From the NCBI RefSeq assembly GCF_007748075.1, contig NZ_CP036280.1, forward strand, positions 180,001 to 212,000: a stretch of 32,000 nucleotides of DNA. The letters run 5' to 3'. A model generated the notes under the pieces. It searched no databases. It had not been told where the DNA came from and saw only the letters and a list, made by a program, of their open reading frames with translations. A program made the position numbers and the translations under genes. Position 1 is the first letter of the stretch, and each line of letters opens with the position of its first letter. Of the stretch, positions 23,935 to 32,000 are shown in pieces. This stretch comes from Mucisphaera calidilacus. Lineage in GTDB: Bacteria > Planctomycetota > Phycisphaerae > Phycisphaerales > Phycisphaeraceae.

Positions 23935-24909
23935 TTGCGTCGCAGCCGTAAGCCCATCGTGATCGCTTCCCGCAGCAGCGCTCTGGCCCGCGTTCAGGCC
24001 GAGCGCGTCGGTGCTGCGCTGGGCAGGCTGCATCCGTCGCTGCGCATCGAGTACCTGTGGATCGAGTCACAGGGCGACAAGATGGTCGACAAGCCGCTGC
24101 ACGACGTCGGCGGCAAGGGGTTGTTCACGCGTGCCGTCGACAACGCGGTGCTCGAGGGCAACGCCGACCTCTCGGTGCACAGCCTCAAGGACCTGTCGGC
24201 GACCGAGACGCAGGGCTTGACGATCGCGGCGGTGCCCAAGCGAAACGATGTTCGCGACACGCTGGTATCGGCGGAGGGTTACGCGTCGATCGATGCGCTG
24301 CCCGAGCGGGTCGCAGTGGGGACGGCGAGCCCGCGCCGCAAGGCGCAGCTCCTGCGTAAGCGGCCGGACATCGAGATCAGCATCCTTCGCGGCAACGTGC
24401 CGACGCGGCTCGAGCGCGTGATGGAGGGCCGTGACGGTTTCGGCGCGACGATCATGGCGGTGGCGGGCCTGAAGCGGTTGGGCCTGACCGAGCACCTTCG
24501 CTTCCCGATCGACACGGACACGATGCTGCCCGCTGCATGTCAGGGCGCGCTGGCGTTGGTCTGCCGATCGGACGATCACGTGACGCTGACGCGCTGCCTG
24601 CCGTTGAATCACGCGGTGTCGGCGGCGGAGGTCCATGCCGAGCGCGAGCTGCTGCGTCACCTGCACGCCGACTGTCACCACCCGATCGCGGTGCTCGCCG
24701 AGCAGACGGTGCCCGACCACTTCCGGTTCCGCGCCGAGGTGCTCTCGCCCGACGGCGCCGTGAGCCTGAGCATCGACGAGCGTGCGACGACCAAGTCACT
24801 TCGGCGCGTGGTGCAGAAGTCGGCGGCCCGCCTGCTGGAGCGGGGTGCGGACCGTCTGCTGGGCCGGGATTCGTTCCCGCTGCCCAACGAGGCCTCCCCG
24901 GCCGGGTGA
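23935..24909 (+). CDS. hemC: Hydroxymethylbilane synthase (porphobilinogen deaminase)
   Basis: VIASRSSALARVQAE, VHSLKDLS, GTASPRRKAQLL, RGNVPTRLERV and MAVAGLKRLGL are present. The putative start is TTG at 23935. Confidence 0.92.
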   Translation: MRRSRKPIVIASRSSALARVQAERVGAALGRLHPSLRIEYLWIESQGDKMVDKPLHDVGGKGLFTRAVDNAVLEGNADLSVHSLKDLSATETQGLTIAAVPKRNDVRDTLVSAEGYASIDALPERVAVGTASPRRKAQLLRKRPDIEISILRGNVPTRLERVMEGRDGFGATIMAVAGLKRLGLTEHLRFPIDTDTMLPAACQGALALVCRSDDHVTLTRCLPLNHAVSAAEVHAERELLRHLHADCHHPIAVLAEQTVPDHFRFRAEVLSPDGAVSLSIDERATTKSLRRVVQKSAARLLERGADRLLGRDSFPLPNEASPAG

Positions 24910-25008
24910 GGAGCAGGGCGGCTTCAAACGACCGGCCTATCCGATATACTGCCTCTCCACGCGGGCAACCGCCCGCATCTCACACCCCTCAAGCTCAGGA
25001 GACCGGCT

Positions 25009-25776
25009 GTGTCCACACGCACGCCCACCATCGGCGGTAACTGGAAGATGAACCTGCACAAGGCGGAGGCGATCGAACTGGCCGCGGCGCTGGCGGCCAA
25101 GGCCGACGACTTCGCGGGCGTCGAGGTGACCGTCTTCCCGGCGTTTCCCTACCTGATCCCGGTGGCCGATGCCCTCGCCCCGGCCGGCGGCAAGATCAAG
25201 CTCGGTGCCCAGGATGCCTATATCACCCCGAACGGTGCCTTTACGGGCGAGGTGAGCCTCTCGATGATCCAGGACGCGGGTGCCTCGGTGCTGCTCGTGG
25301 GTCACTCGGAGCGTCGCCACGTGATCGGCGAAACGGACATCCTCGTGAACGACAAGGTTCTGGCTGGCCTCGAAGCGGGTCTCGACGTCGTGCTGGCGAT
25401 CGGCGAGACGCTCGAGCAACGCGAGTCGGGCAAGACCGACGCGATCAACACGGGTCAGCTCGGCTACGGCCTCGCGGGCGTGACGGCGGAGCAGATGAAG
25501 CGCATCACGATCGCTTACGAGCCGGTCTGGGCGATCGGCACCGGCAAGACGGCGACGCCTGAGGACGCCCAGAAGGCCCACAGCGTCATCCGGCAGGCCG
25601 TCGCGTTCCTCTACGACCAGGGCATCGCGGACGCGGTACGCATCCAGTACGGCGGGTCCATGAAGCCCGGCAATGCGGGCGACCTGCTTGCCCAGACTGA
25701 CATCGATGGCGGCCTGATCGGCGGCGCAGCGCTCAAGCCGGACGACTTCGCCGGCATCATCGCCGCTGCGAAGTAA
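25009..25776 (+). CDS. tpiA: Triosephosphate isomerase
   Basis: IGGNWKMN, VGHSERR, IAYEPVWAIGTGKTAT and IQYGGS are present. GTG start. Confidence 0.95.
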   Translation: MSTRTPTIGGNWKMNLHKAEAIELAAALAAKADDFAGVEVTVFPAFPYLIPVADALAPAGGKIKLGAQDAYITPNGAFTGEVSLSMIQDAGASVLLVGHSERRHVIGETDILVNDKVLAGLEAGLDVVLAIGETLEQRESGKTDAINTGQLGYGLAGVTAEQMKRITIAYEPVWAIGTGKTATPEDAQKAHSVIRQAVAFLYDQGIADAVRIQYGGSMKPGNAGDLLAQTDIDGGLIGGAALKPDDFAGIIAAAK

Positions 25777-25813
25777 TCAAGGCCCGACAGACGTCCCATG
25801 AACAGCCCCCGCG

Positions 25814-25840
25814 CCTTTCCCACCCGCAAGGTGGGAAAGG
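25814..25840 (+). other. Perfect 11-bp stem hairpin (CCTTTCCCACC / GGTGGGAAAGG, 5-nt loop) in the tpiA-secG spacer
   Basis: Read directly from the sequence. There is no T-tract after it. TATAAT follows at 25844-25849. Confidence 0.5.
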
Positions 25841-25877
25841 CTCTATAATGCACGATTCCCTTGGGAGTCCATGAACC

Positions 25878-26252
25878 ATGCTCGTACTGGCCGCTCTGAC
25901 CACATCCATCCTGATGGTCTTGTTCCTTGTCGTTGGCGTCACCATGACCCTCGTGGTCCTGGTCCAGCGGCCGAAGGGTGGCGGCCTGGCCGGCGCGTTT
26001 GGTGGCGCTTCGACGGACGCGGCGGCGGTCTTCGGCGCCTCGATCGGCGACGTGCTGACGTGGATCACAGTCGGCTTCTTCGTCGTCTGGATCCTGCTGG
26101 CGATGGGCATGCAGTGGTCGATCGCGGCGGAGGTCCACTCGATCCCCCAGCCCCCTGCTGTCCAGACACCTGCTGAGCCCGCGACGCCCGCACCGGCGAC
26201 CACGGCACCGGCACCTGAGCCCGGGACAACGCAGGGCACCCCGACCGAGTAA
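25878..26252 (+). CDS. secG: Preprotein translocase subunit SecG with a Pro/Thr/Ala-rich tail
   Basis: Two TM helices flank VQRPKGGGLAGAFGGAS. The tpiA-secG order is conserved across bacteria. Confidence 0.88.
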   Translation: MLVLAALTTSILMVLFLVVGVTMTLVVLVQRPKGGGLAGAFGGASTDAAAVFGASIGDVLTWITVGFFVVWILLAMGMQWSIAAEVHSIPQPPAVQTPAEPATPAPATTAPAPEPGTTQGTPTE

Positions 26253-26281
26253 TCCGTATCCGAGCAGGCGAGCGACGCGAC

Positions 26282-27175
26282 ATGATTCGATCAATGACCG
26301 GATTTGGTGGCGCGTCGCGTGAAGCCGATGGCGTGCATTACGCGGTCGAGATCCGGAGCGTCAACAACCGGTATTTCAAGGCGGTCATCCGCCTGCCGGA
26401 GGAACTGGCCTCGCTGGAGGCCGAGGTGGAGACGCTGCTGCGCAAGCGTTTCTCACGCGGCTCGCTGACGGTCTCGATCCAGCACCGCATCAGCGAGGGC
26501 CGGGCGACATCACGGATCAACGACGAGGCCCTGCTCGAGTACATACGCCACCTGGAGACGCTCCGCGGCAAGGTGGAGGGCCTTGGCGTTCAGGTTGATC
26601 TGACGCAGCTGTTGTCGCTGCCGGGCGTGCTTCGTCCCTCGGAGATCGAGGAGCAGCTGGTCGAGCGGTCGCGTCCGGTGATCGCGGAACTGCTGGCCGA
26701 GTCGAGTGAGAACCTCGAACAGATGCGTACCACGGAGGGGCAGGCGCTCGCACGCGAACTGCGGGAGCTGCGTGCCCAGATCCTCGAGCAGCTGACGGTG
26801 ATCCGTGAGCGTGCCCCGCTGGTCGTCAACGAGTATCACGAGCGGCTCAAGAGCCGCGTGGCGCAGCTGCTGGCTCGGGCGGAGCTGGATATCGCGCAGG
26901 TCGATCTGCTGCGTGAGGTCGCGGTCTACGCCGACCGCATCGACATCACCGAGGAGATCGCCCGCATCCTGGGCCACATGGACCAGTTCGAGCGGATTCT
27001 CGATCAGCCCGGCGGGGAGCCGGCGGGCCGAAGGCTCGATTTCCTCGCTCAGGAACTGCTGCGCGAGGCCAACACGATCGGGAGCAAGGCGAACGACACC
27101 GACATCAGCCGTGCGGTCGTGGAGATCAAGTCGGGCATCGATCGCATCAAGGAACAGGTGCAGAACGTGGAGTGA
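26282..27175 (+). CDS. yicC: YicC/YloC-family protein
   Basis: The N-terminus MIRSMTGFG and the C-terminal EANTIGSKAND…EQVQNVE are typical of the YicC N- and C-terminal regions. Confidence 0.9.
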   Translation: MIRSMTGFGGASREADGVHYAVEIRSVNNRYFKAVIRLPEELASLEAEVETLLRKRFSRGSLTVSIQHRISEGRATSRINDEALLEYIRHLETLRGKVEGLGVQVDLTQLLSLPGVLRPSEIEEQLVERSRPVIAELLAESSENLEQMRTTEGQALARELRELRAQILEQLTVIRERAPLVVNEYHERLKSRVAQLLARAELDIAQVDLLREVAVYADRIDITEEIARILGHMDQFERILDQPGGEPAGRRLDFLAQELLREANTIGSKANDTDISRAVVEIKSGIDRIKEQVQNVE

Positions 27176-27945
27176 CCACGGTGAGGCGCATCGGTCCATC
27201 ATCATCCGGTTTGAGCGGCTTGCTGGGGCTGTTGTGCATGCTGGTTCCGCTGTGCGTCTCGCCCGCGGATGCTCTGCCCCTGCAGGACGGCACGCCCGAA
27301 GCCGATCCCCTCGTGATGCTCGAGAGCGAAGACTGGGCGGAGCGTGATGCGGCGACGCATCGGCTGCTCGCGGATCACACCCTGACGGCGGAGGCGGTCC
27401 GCGAGGCGTGCGTGGGTGCGTCGCTGGAGGCGCAGCAACGGCTGATGACGGTTGCCCGCCATCACTTCCTGAGACAGGTGGTCGGCGAACGCTTCCCCAA
27501 CGAGGGGCAGGGCGCCGTGGGCATCGTGCAGCGCGACGAGGGGCTGCTGGAAGTCGAGGGGACGCCTCGGGCCTCCATCGCGGTGATCCGCACGCTCCCG
27601 GGTTTCCCCGCGTACGAGACGCTGCGGCTCAACGACCGCATCGTGCAGGTGAATGGTGATTGGCTGGACACGAGCGAGCCGGTCGAGACGATCCGCCAGG
27701 CCTCCCAGCAGACGACGCCCGGGCGGATGCTGAGCTTCGCCGTCATCCGCGACGGCGTCATGATCGAGTGCAAGGTGGGCGCCCTTCCGCTCGCGGCCCT
27801 GCGGACGCTCTATCAGCCGGGTCCGTACACCCTGGTTCAGGAGCTTGATGACGCGTGGATGGAACTGCGTGAGAAGCTGCTGCCCCCGGATTCGCCGTTG
27901 CTGGACACCTCGTCGGGGCTGGATCTACGCCCGCACAGCGACTAA
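27172..27945 (+). CDS. Secreted hypothetical protein with a probable PDZ-like domain
   Basis: Hydrophobic signal LSGLLGLLCMLVPLCVSPADA. PDZ-like stretch GAVGIVQRD…IRTLPGFPAYETLRLNDRIVQVNGDWL. GTG start overlaps the yicC stop (GTGA). Confidence 0.6.
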   Translation: MTTVRRIGPSSSGLSGLLGLLCMLVPLCVSPADALPLQDGTPEADPLVMLESEDWAERDAATHRLLADHTLTAEAVREACVGASLEAQQRLMTVARHHFLRQVVGERFPNEGQGAVGIVQRDEGLLEVEGTPRASIAVIRTLPGFPAYETLRLNDRIVQVNGDWLDTSEPVETIRQASQQTTPGRMLSFAVIRDGVMIECKVGALPLAALRTLYQPGPYTLVQELDDAWMELREKLLPPDSPLLDTSSGLDLRPHSD

Positions 27946-27986
27946 ACATCAGATCAATAAGTCTTTTAATATCTCCGGGAATCATC

Positions 27987-28000
27987 TCAAGACGTCTTGA
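27987..28000. promoter_or_regulatory. Perfect 14-bp palindrome TCAAGACGTCTTGA, candidate operator for the downstream GbsR/MarR-like regulator
   Basis: Read directly from the sequence. It lies in an AT-rich 111-bp spacer, 57 nt upstream of the TTG start at 28057. Confidence 0.45.
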
Positions 28001-28056
28001 AAACGGCCCGATGAAACACTACAGTTATTTCTGTCGAAACGGAAAGGACTGACGCT

Positions 28057-28608
28057 TTGGACCTCACGCCCGCCACACAACGCTTTATCCTCCACTGGGG
28101 CGAGATGGGCACGCGCTGGGGGATCAACCGGACGGTCGCCCAGATCCACGCGCTGCTCTTCGTCGCTCAGGAACCCCTGCCTGCCGAGGAGATCGCGGCG
28201 ACACTCAGGGTCGCTCGGTCCAACGTCTCCAACAGCCTGCGCGAGCTGCAGGGCTGGGACGTGGTCAAAACGGTTCACGTCATGGGTGATCGCCGCGACC
28301 ATTTCGTCGCCGTCCGCGACGTCTGGGAGATGGCGCTGGCGATCATGGACGAGCGTAAAAAGCGCGAGCTCGACCCCACGCTCGAGACCCTCAGGGAGTG
28401 CGTCGCGGAGGCCCGTGTGACCGGTCAGGAGAGCGAGCACACGCAGCAGCAACTCGAGGAGCTTCTGGGGATGGTCGAATCGCTCGACGACTGGTACGCC
28501 CGTGTCCGCAACCTGCCGCGTGGCGTCAGACGCCTGGTCATGATGGGCGATCAGGTCAGCCGCTGGCTCGCACCGGCCGGCTCCGAACGGATCGGAGGCT
28601 CGTCATGA
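28057..28608 (+). CDS. GbsR/MarR-family winged-helix transcriptional regulator
   Basis: FILHWGEMGTRWGINRTVAQIHALLFVAQEPLPAEEIAATLRVARSNVSNSLRELQGWDVV is typical of the GbsR-type wHTH. TTG start with a GGAAAGGA RBS. Confidence 0.8.
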   Translation: MDLTPATQRFILHWGEMGTRWGINRTVAQIHALLFVAQEPLPAEEIAATLRVARSNVSNSLRELQGWDVVKTVHVMGDRRDHFVAVRDVWEMALAIMDERKKRELDPTLETLRECVAEARVTGQESEHTQQQLEELLGMVESLDDWYARVRNLPRGVRRLVMMGDQVSRWLAPAGSERIGGSS

Positions 28609-29186
28609 GTGCGGCTGTTCAGCGAAGTCTCTGGATCGGCACCGCGGTTCACGAAGAGTTGGCGGGCTTCCTGCCAAGGCGGCTCGAACTCGTGCGCTAC
28701 GGCGAGCACGGGTTCTGGGTGCTCGAACGATCCGCGGACGGAGACACGGCATCGATCCTCACGCAGGCGATGACCCGCGATGGCGACCTGATCCGCGGCC
28801 TGTCACGGGTTGACGCGCGGGCCGGTGCGGGGATCGATCTGAGTCGCGCGACGCCGGCACAGGCCAGGCCGCTACGCTCCTGCTTCGCGACGTCGACCGA
28901 CCTGCGTGAGTGGATGGTCGAGCCGATGTGGACACGCACGCTGGCCGTCGAAGATCACCACCTGGTGATGACGCAGCCCGAACCCTCGGCCGCCATCGCG
29001 GGTCTGGCGTGGTGCGTCGCATCGTCAGAACAGCAGACCCGGATGGAAGAGGTCTGGGGCTTTGAGACAAGACTCGAGGCCTGTCTGGTGCTGGCGACGT
29101 CCAGCAGTTCAGAACGCCTGGTGCGTCGCAAACCCCTGCTGCCGATGGCCTCGGTTTCGATGACCTCGGTCGTGCTCACGAACTGA
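28605..29186 (+). CDS. Hypothetical protein (193 aa), translationally coupled to the regulator
   Basis: ATGA overlap at 28605-28608 with a GGAGG RBS at 28594-28598. The composition is non-repetitive and I recognise no motif. It has slightly more rare codons than its neighbours. Confidence 0.55.
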   Translation: MSAAVQRSLWIGTAVHEELAGFLPRRLELVRYGEHGFWVLERSADGDTASILTQAMTRDGDLIRGLSRVDARAGAGIDLSRATPAQARPLRSCFATSTDLREWMVEPMWTRTLAVEDHHLVMTQPEPSAAIAGLAWCVASSEQQTRMEEVWGFETRLEACLVLATSSSSERLVRRKPLLPMASVSMTSVVLTN

Positions 29187-29199
29187 AAGCCCCGGGCGT

Positions 29200-29820
29200 T
29201 CACCGTGTCAGGGCGTCGAAGACCGAGGTGGAGGACTCGCCCTCCTGCTTCTGCGCGAGTTCGTTGCCCGGCGATGCGATGTCCGGGCGGAGCTCCTGGA
29301 AGCGCTCTTCGGTCAGCCAGAGCAGTTCACCCGAGGCGAGAAGCACCAGCCGCGTGCGGTTGCCGAGGGGTTTGATGAACGACCACGGCGCCTGATAGAA
29401 GGGCTCGGGCGTGTAGGCGACCCACTGATAGTCGTTGGGCGTGCCGCGATAGGCCTTGACCTCGACGTACCGATAAGGCACCGGGTTGGTCCCGCCCTCA
29501 AACATCGGCTCGATGCTGCGCCCGACCCACTGCGCGGGGATGGGCCGGCCGGGGTGGTTGACGGCGTACATCTCGATCTCGGGGAGAATCTCCGTGACGA
29601 GGTCGGCCTGGGCCTGCCAGTAGGCACGCACGGTCTGCGAGGCGGTCCAGCAGGCGGCGACGTTGAGACCGAAAGCGGCGAACAGCCCGACGGCCAGCGA
29701 TCGGGCCATCAGACGCGAGGTCCCGGACTGGTGATGCAGGGGATGGAACGCGAGGAACACCCCGCCGGTGAAGGTCACCAGCGCGACGGCGAAAACCAGT
29801 ACCAGCCAGATCAGCACCAT
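29200..29820 (-). CDS. Hypothetical membrane protein (two N-terminal TM helices plus an extracytoplasmic domain)
   Basis: 206 aa. The TM helices are VLIWLVLVFAVALVTFTGGVFLAF and SLAVGLFAAFGLNVAACW. It lies 44 bp downstream of ftsK on the same strand. Confidence 0.6.
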   Translation of the reverse strand: MVLIWLVLVFAVALVTFTGGVFLAFHPLHHQSGTSRLMARSLAVGLFAAFGLNVAACWTASQTVRAYWQAQADLVTEILPEIEMYAVNHPGRPIPAQWVGRSIEPMFEGGTNPVPYRYVEVKAYRGTPNDYQWVAYTPEPFYQAPWSFIKPLGNRTRLVLLASGELLWLTEERFQELRPDIASPGNELAQKQEGESSTSVFDALTR

Positions 29821-29864
29821 CAGGAGCGCCGGCCTTCCTCAACCGCCCGCCCTGATCACGCACT

Positions 29865-32000
29865 TCAGGATCGATCGGGCGGCAGGCGTCCTTCGTCCGC
29901 GTCGTCCTCGGCAAGACCTTCTTCGCCGTCTTCGGACCACGCTTCGTCTTCCTCGATATCGTCCTCGTCCGCGTCCTCGCTCCCGTCCTCTTCCCAATAA
30001 CCCTCTTCGGACGCAGGTTCTTCGTCGACTTCCTCGTACTCGACCTCGTCCACGACCTCGGCCACGACCTCGGCGTCGTCGCCGTCCTGCTCCTCGGCGT
30101 AGTCAAACGCGGCCTGCACGCCTTCCTCGCCCTCTTCGGATGCCCCGGCCTCGAGGGCGGCATCGGCAGCCGCCTGGGCCGTCATCGCCTCCCACTCCTC
30201 GAGCGAGATGTTCACCTCGCGTGCCTGCGCGGTCTTGTGCCCGCCGAGGATACCCGCCGCCTCCATCTCCTCGATGATCCGTGACGCCCGGCCGTAGCCG
30301 ATGTTCATGCGTCGCTGGAGCAGCGAGACCGACCCGCGGTTGGTCTCGATGACCACACGCACCGCCTCGTCGAAGAGCGGGTCGCGTTCGCTCAGGTCGG
30401 CGTCGACCTCCTCGCTGCGCAGCTGGACGAGCTGCGGCTCGAAGTTCTGCTCGGCCTGCGTCTTGAGGAACCGGCAGGCACCCCGCACTTCGCTGTCCTC
30501 GACCAGCGATCCCTGAGCGCGGGTGAGCTTGCTCGAGCGTGGCGAGAGGAAGAGCATGTCGCCATGGCCGAGCAGCAGCTCGCCGCCTTTCTGGTCGAGG
30601 ACGATGCGGCTGTCCATGCCCGATGCGACCTTGAAGGCGATGCGTGCGGGCATGTTCGACTTGATCAGCCCCGTCACCACGTTGGCCTGCGGCCGCTGGG
30701 TGGCAAGAATCAGGTGGATGCCGACGGCGCGTGCCTTCTGGGCGATGCGGACGATCGAGCCTTCCACCTCCTTGTTGGTCATCATCAGGTCGGCGAGCTC
30801 GTCGATGACGAAGACGATGTAGGGCAGCTTCTTGGGGATGCGTGCCTCCTCGGCGGGGCTGCTCGGCTCCATCCGCTCGAGGATCTCCTCCCACTCCAGC
30901 TCGTTGTAGCTGCTGATGTCGCGCACGCCGACCTCGGCGAGCAGCTCGTACCGCTCGTCCATCTTCGTCACCGCCCACTCGAGGATCGAGGCGGCCTTGG
31001 GCATCTCGGTCACGACCGGGCACATGAGGTGGGGGATGTCCCGGAACATCGACATCTCGACCATCTTGGGATCGACGAGCACCAGCTTGAGCTCGTCGGG
31101 CCGCTTGGTGTAGAGGAACGACATGATGACCGCGTTCATGCAGACCGACTTGCCCGAGCCGGTGGTGCCGGCGATGAGCAGGTGTGGCATGGAGGCGAGG
31201 TCGGAGATCAGCCGCGTGCCCGAGGCGTCCTTGCCGAGGAACATCGGCAGACGCATCTTGCGTGTCGCTTCCTCGGAGCCCTGCATCAGCTCCTTCAGCC
31301 GGACGCGTTCCTTCTTGATGTTGGGGACCTCGATCCCGACGGTGTCCTTGCCGGCGGAGTTCGCGACCACGCGGATGTTCTGGGCCTTCATCGCGCGGGC
31401 GAGGTCGGAATCAACGGCCTGGATGCGCGAGACCTTGGTGCCCGGCGCGAGCCGGACCTCGAAGAGCGTGATGACGGGGCCCGAGTCGATGCCGACGACC
31501 TCACCCTCGATCCGGTACTGACGCAGGGCCTTCTCGAGTTCGAGCGCCTGGTCGCGAACGATCGCCTCCTGCTCGGCGGTGAAGTCGCCCTCGGGCTCCT
31601 CCAGAAAGTCCATGCCCGGGAACTGGTAGCCCGAGAGGTCGATCTCACGAGGCGGCGCGGTCGACTTGGCCTGCTTGGGCGCGAAGTTGATGGGCAACGC
31701 CGCCATCTTCGCACGCAACTCGTCGGGGTTGAACTTCTTCTGGCTCTGGAGGTAAGCCTCGGCGACCTCGGCCTCGTCGTCGAGCTCCTCGTCGTCCTCC
31801 TCCTCCGGCTCCTCGTCCTCATCGACCTCTTCGTATTCGTACTCGTCCTCCTCCTCGGCAACCACGTGCTCGTCGGGGTCGAACGCTTCGGTGCCGCCGA
31901 AGCCGCCGGCGTCCTCGTCGATGTGCTCGTCTTCTTCGGCCTGTCGCTTCTTGCGGCTGGCCGTGGCACGCTCACGGCTGGCCTCACGCATGCGGTCGAG
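29865..32000 (-). CDS. ftsK: DNA translocase FtsK/SpoIIIE (N-terminal membrane part outside the window)
   Basis: The frame is open to the right edge. Walker A AGTTGSGKS, Walker B IVFVIDELADLMM, ATQRP, and the gamma winged helix SVSLLQRRMNIGYGRASRIIEEMEAAGIL are present. An acidic linker and an acidic C-terminal tail flank the motor. Confidence 0.93.
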   Translation of the reverse strand, partial: LDRMREASRERATASRKKRQAEEDEHIDEDAGGFGGTEAFDPDEHVVAEEEDEYEYEEVDEDEEPEEEDDEELDDEAEVAEAYLQSQKKFNPDELRAKMAALPINFAPKQAKSTAPPREIDLSGYQFPGMDFLEEPEGDFTAEQEAIVRDQALELEKALRQYRIEGEVVGIDSGPVITLFEVRLAPGTKVSRIQAVDSDLARAMKAQNIRVVANSAGKDTVGIEVPNIKKERVRLKELMQGSEEATRKMRLPMFLGKDASGTRLISDLASMPHLLIAGTTGSGKSVCMNAVIMSFLYTKRPDELKLVLVDPKMVEMSMFRDIPHLMCPVVTEMPKAASILEWAVTKMDERYELLAEVGVRDISSYNELEWEEILERMEPSSPAEEARIPKKLPYIVFVIDELADLMMTNKEVEGSIVRIAQKARAVGIHLILATQRPQANVVTGLIKSNMPARIAFKVASGMDSRIVLDQKGGELLLGHGDMLFLSPRSSKLTRAQGSLVEDSEVRGACRFLKTQAEQNFEPQLVQLRSEEVDADLSERDPLFDEAVRVVIETNRGSVSLLQRRMNIGYGRASRIIEEMEAAGILGGHKTAQAREVNISLEEWEAMTAQAAADAALEAGASEEGEEGVQAAFDYAEEQDGDDAEVVAEVVDEVEYEEVDEEPASEEGYWEEDGSEDADEDDIEEDEAWSEDGEEGLAEDDADEGRLPPDRS

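Noticed and set aside
24923-24950. A possible sigma-70-type promoter for tpiA (TTCAAA, 16 nt, TATACT).
   Set aside because: It is only a loose hexamer match, and the promoter consensus in this lineage is unknown to me. This is not enough evidence to call a feature.
27946-28056. Considered as a dif (XerCD) site, because it is an AT-rich palindromic stretch close to ftsK.
   Set aside because: There is no match to the conserved XerD arm or central region (…TATATTATGTnAAnT). The palindrome is better explained as an operator for the adjacent regulator.

Overview
This is a visibly GC-rich, densely coding bacterial chromosomal segment with strong G/C preference at codon position 3 and many GTG/TTG starts. 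A PEP-CTERM protein, an HDOD protein and Mla/MCE genes point to a diderm, and the gene content is compatible with Planctomycetota-like lineages, but taxonomy cannot be proven from the sequence. Most genes are housekeeping: ggt, an NhaC-family transporter, a HAD hydrolase, tRNA-Pro(UGG), an M42 peptidase, a sigma-70 family factor, argG, a 2-hydroxyacid dehydrogenase, a 7Fe-type ferredoxin, dnaE, hemC, tpiA-secG, yicC and a partial ftsK. I saw no CRISPR array, transposase, integrase, prophage or rRNA. The most unusual locus is a six-gene, translationally coupled operon at 11337-16811. It reads small membrane protein, MscS-family channel, MlaE permease, an ABC-ATPase homologue with every catalytic motif degenerate, MlaD/MCE protein and a helical lipoprotein. 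Other items worth a second look:
- A small PEP-CTERM-anchored secreted protein carrying both hallmark motifs of Cys-Gln internal thioester adhesin domains (FCIE ... FQLAVW).
- An orphan DPPY DNA methyltransferase immediately upstream of dnaE.
- A GbsR/MarR-like regulator with a perfect 14-bp palindrome upstream, ATGA-coupled to an uncharacterised 193-aa protein.
- An RNHCP zinc-ribbon gene behind a 226-nt leader with mutually exclusive pairings.
- An FtsK with a long acidic tail after the gamma domain that repeats a motif from its linker.

The many long Arg/Pro/His- or Gly/Val/Asp/Glu-rich ORFs in the six-frame track are shadow ORFs typical of high-GC DNA and were rejected.
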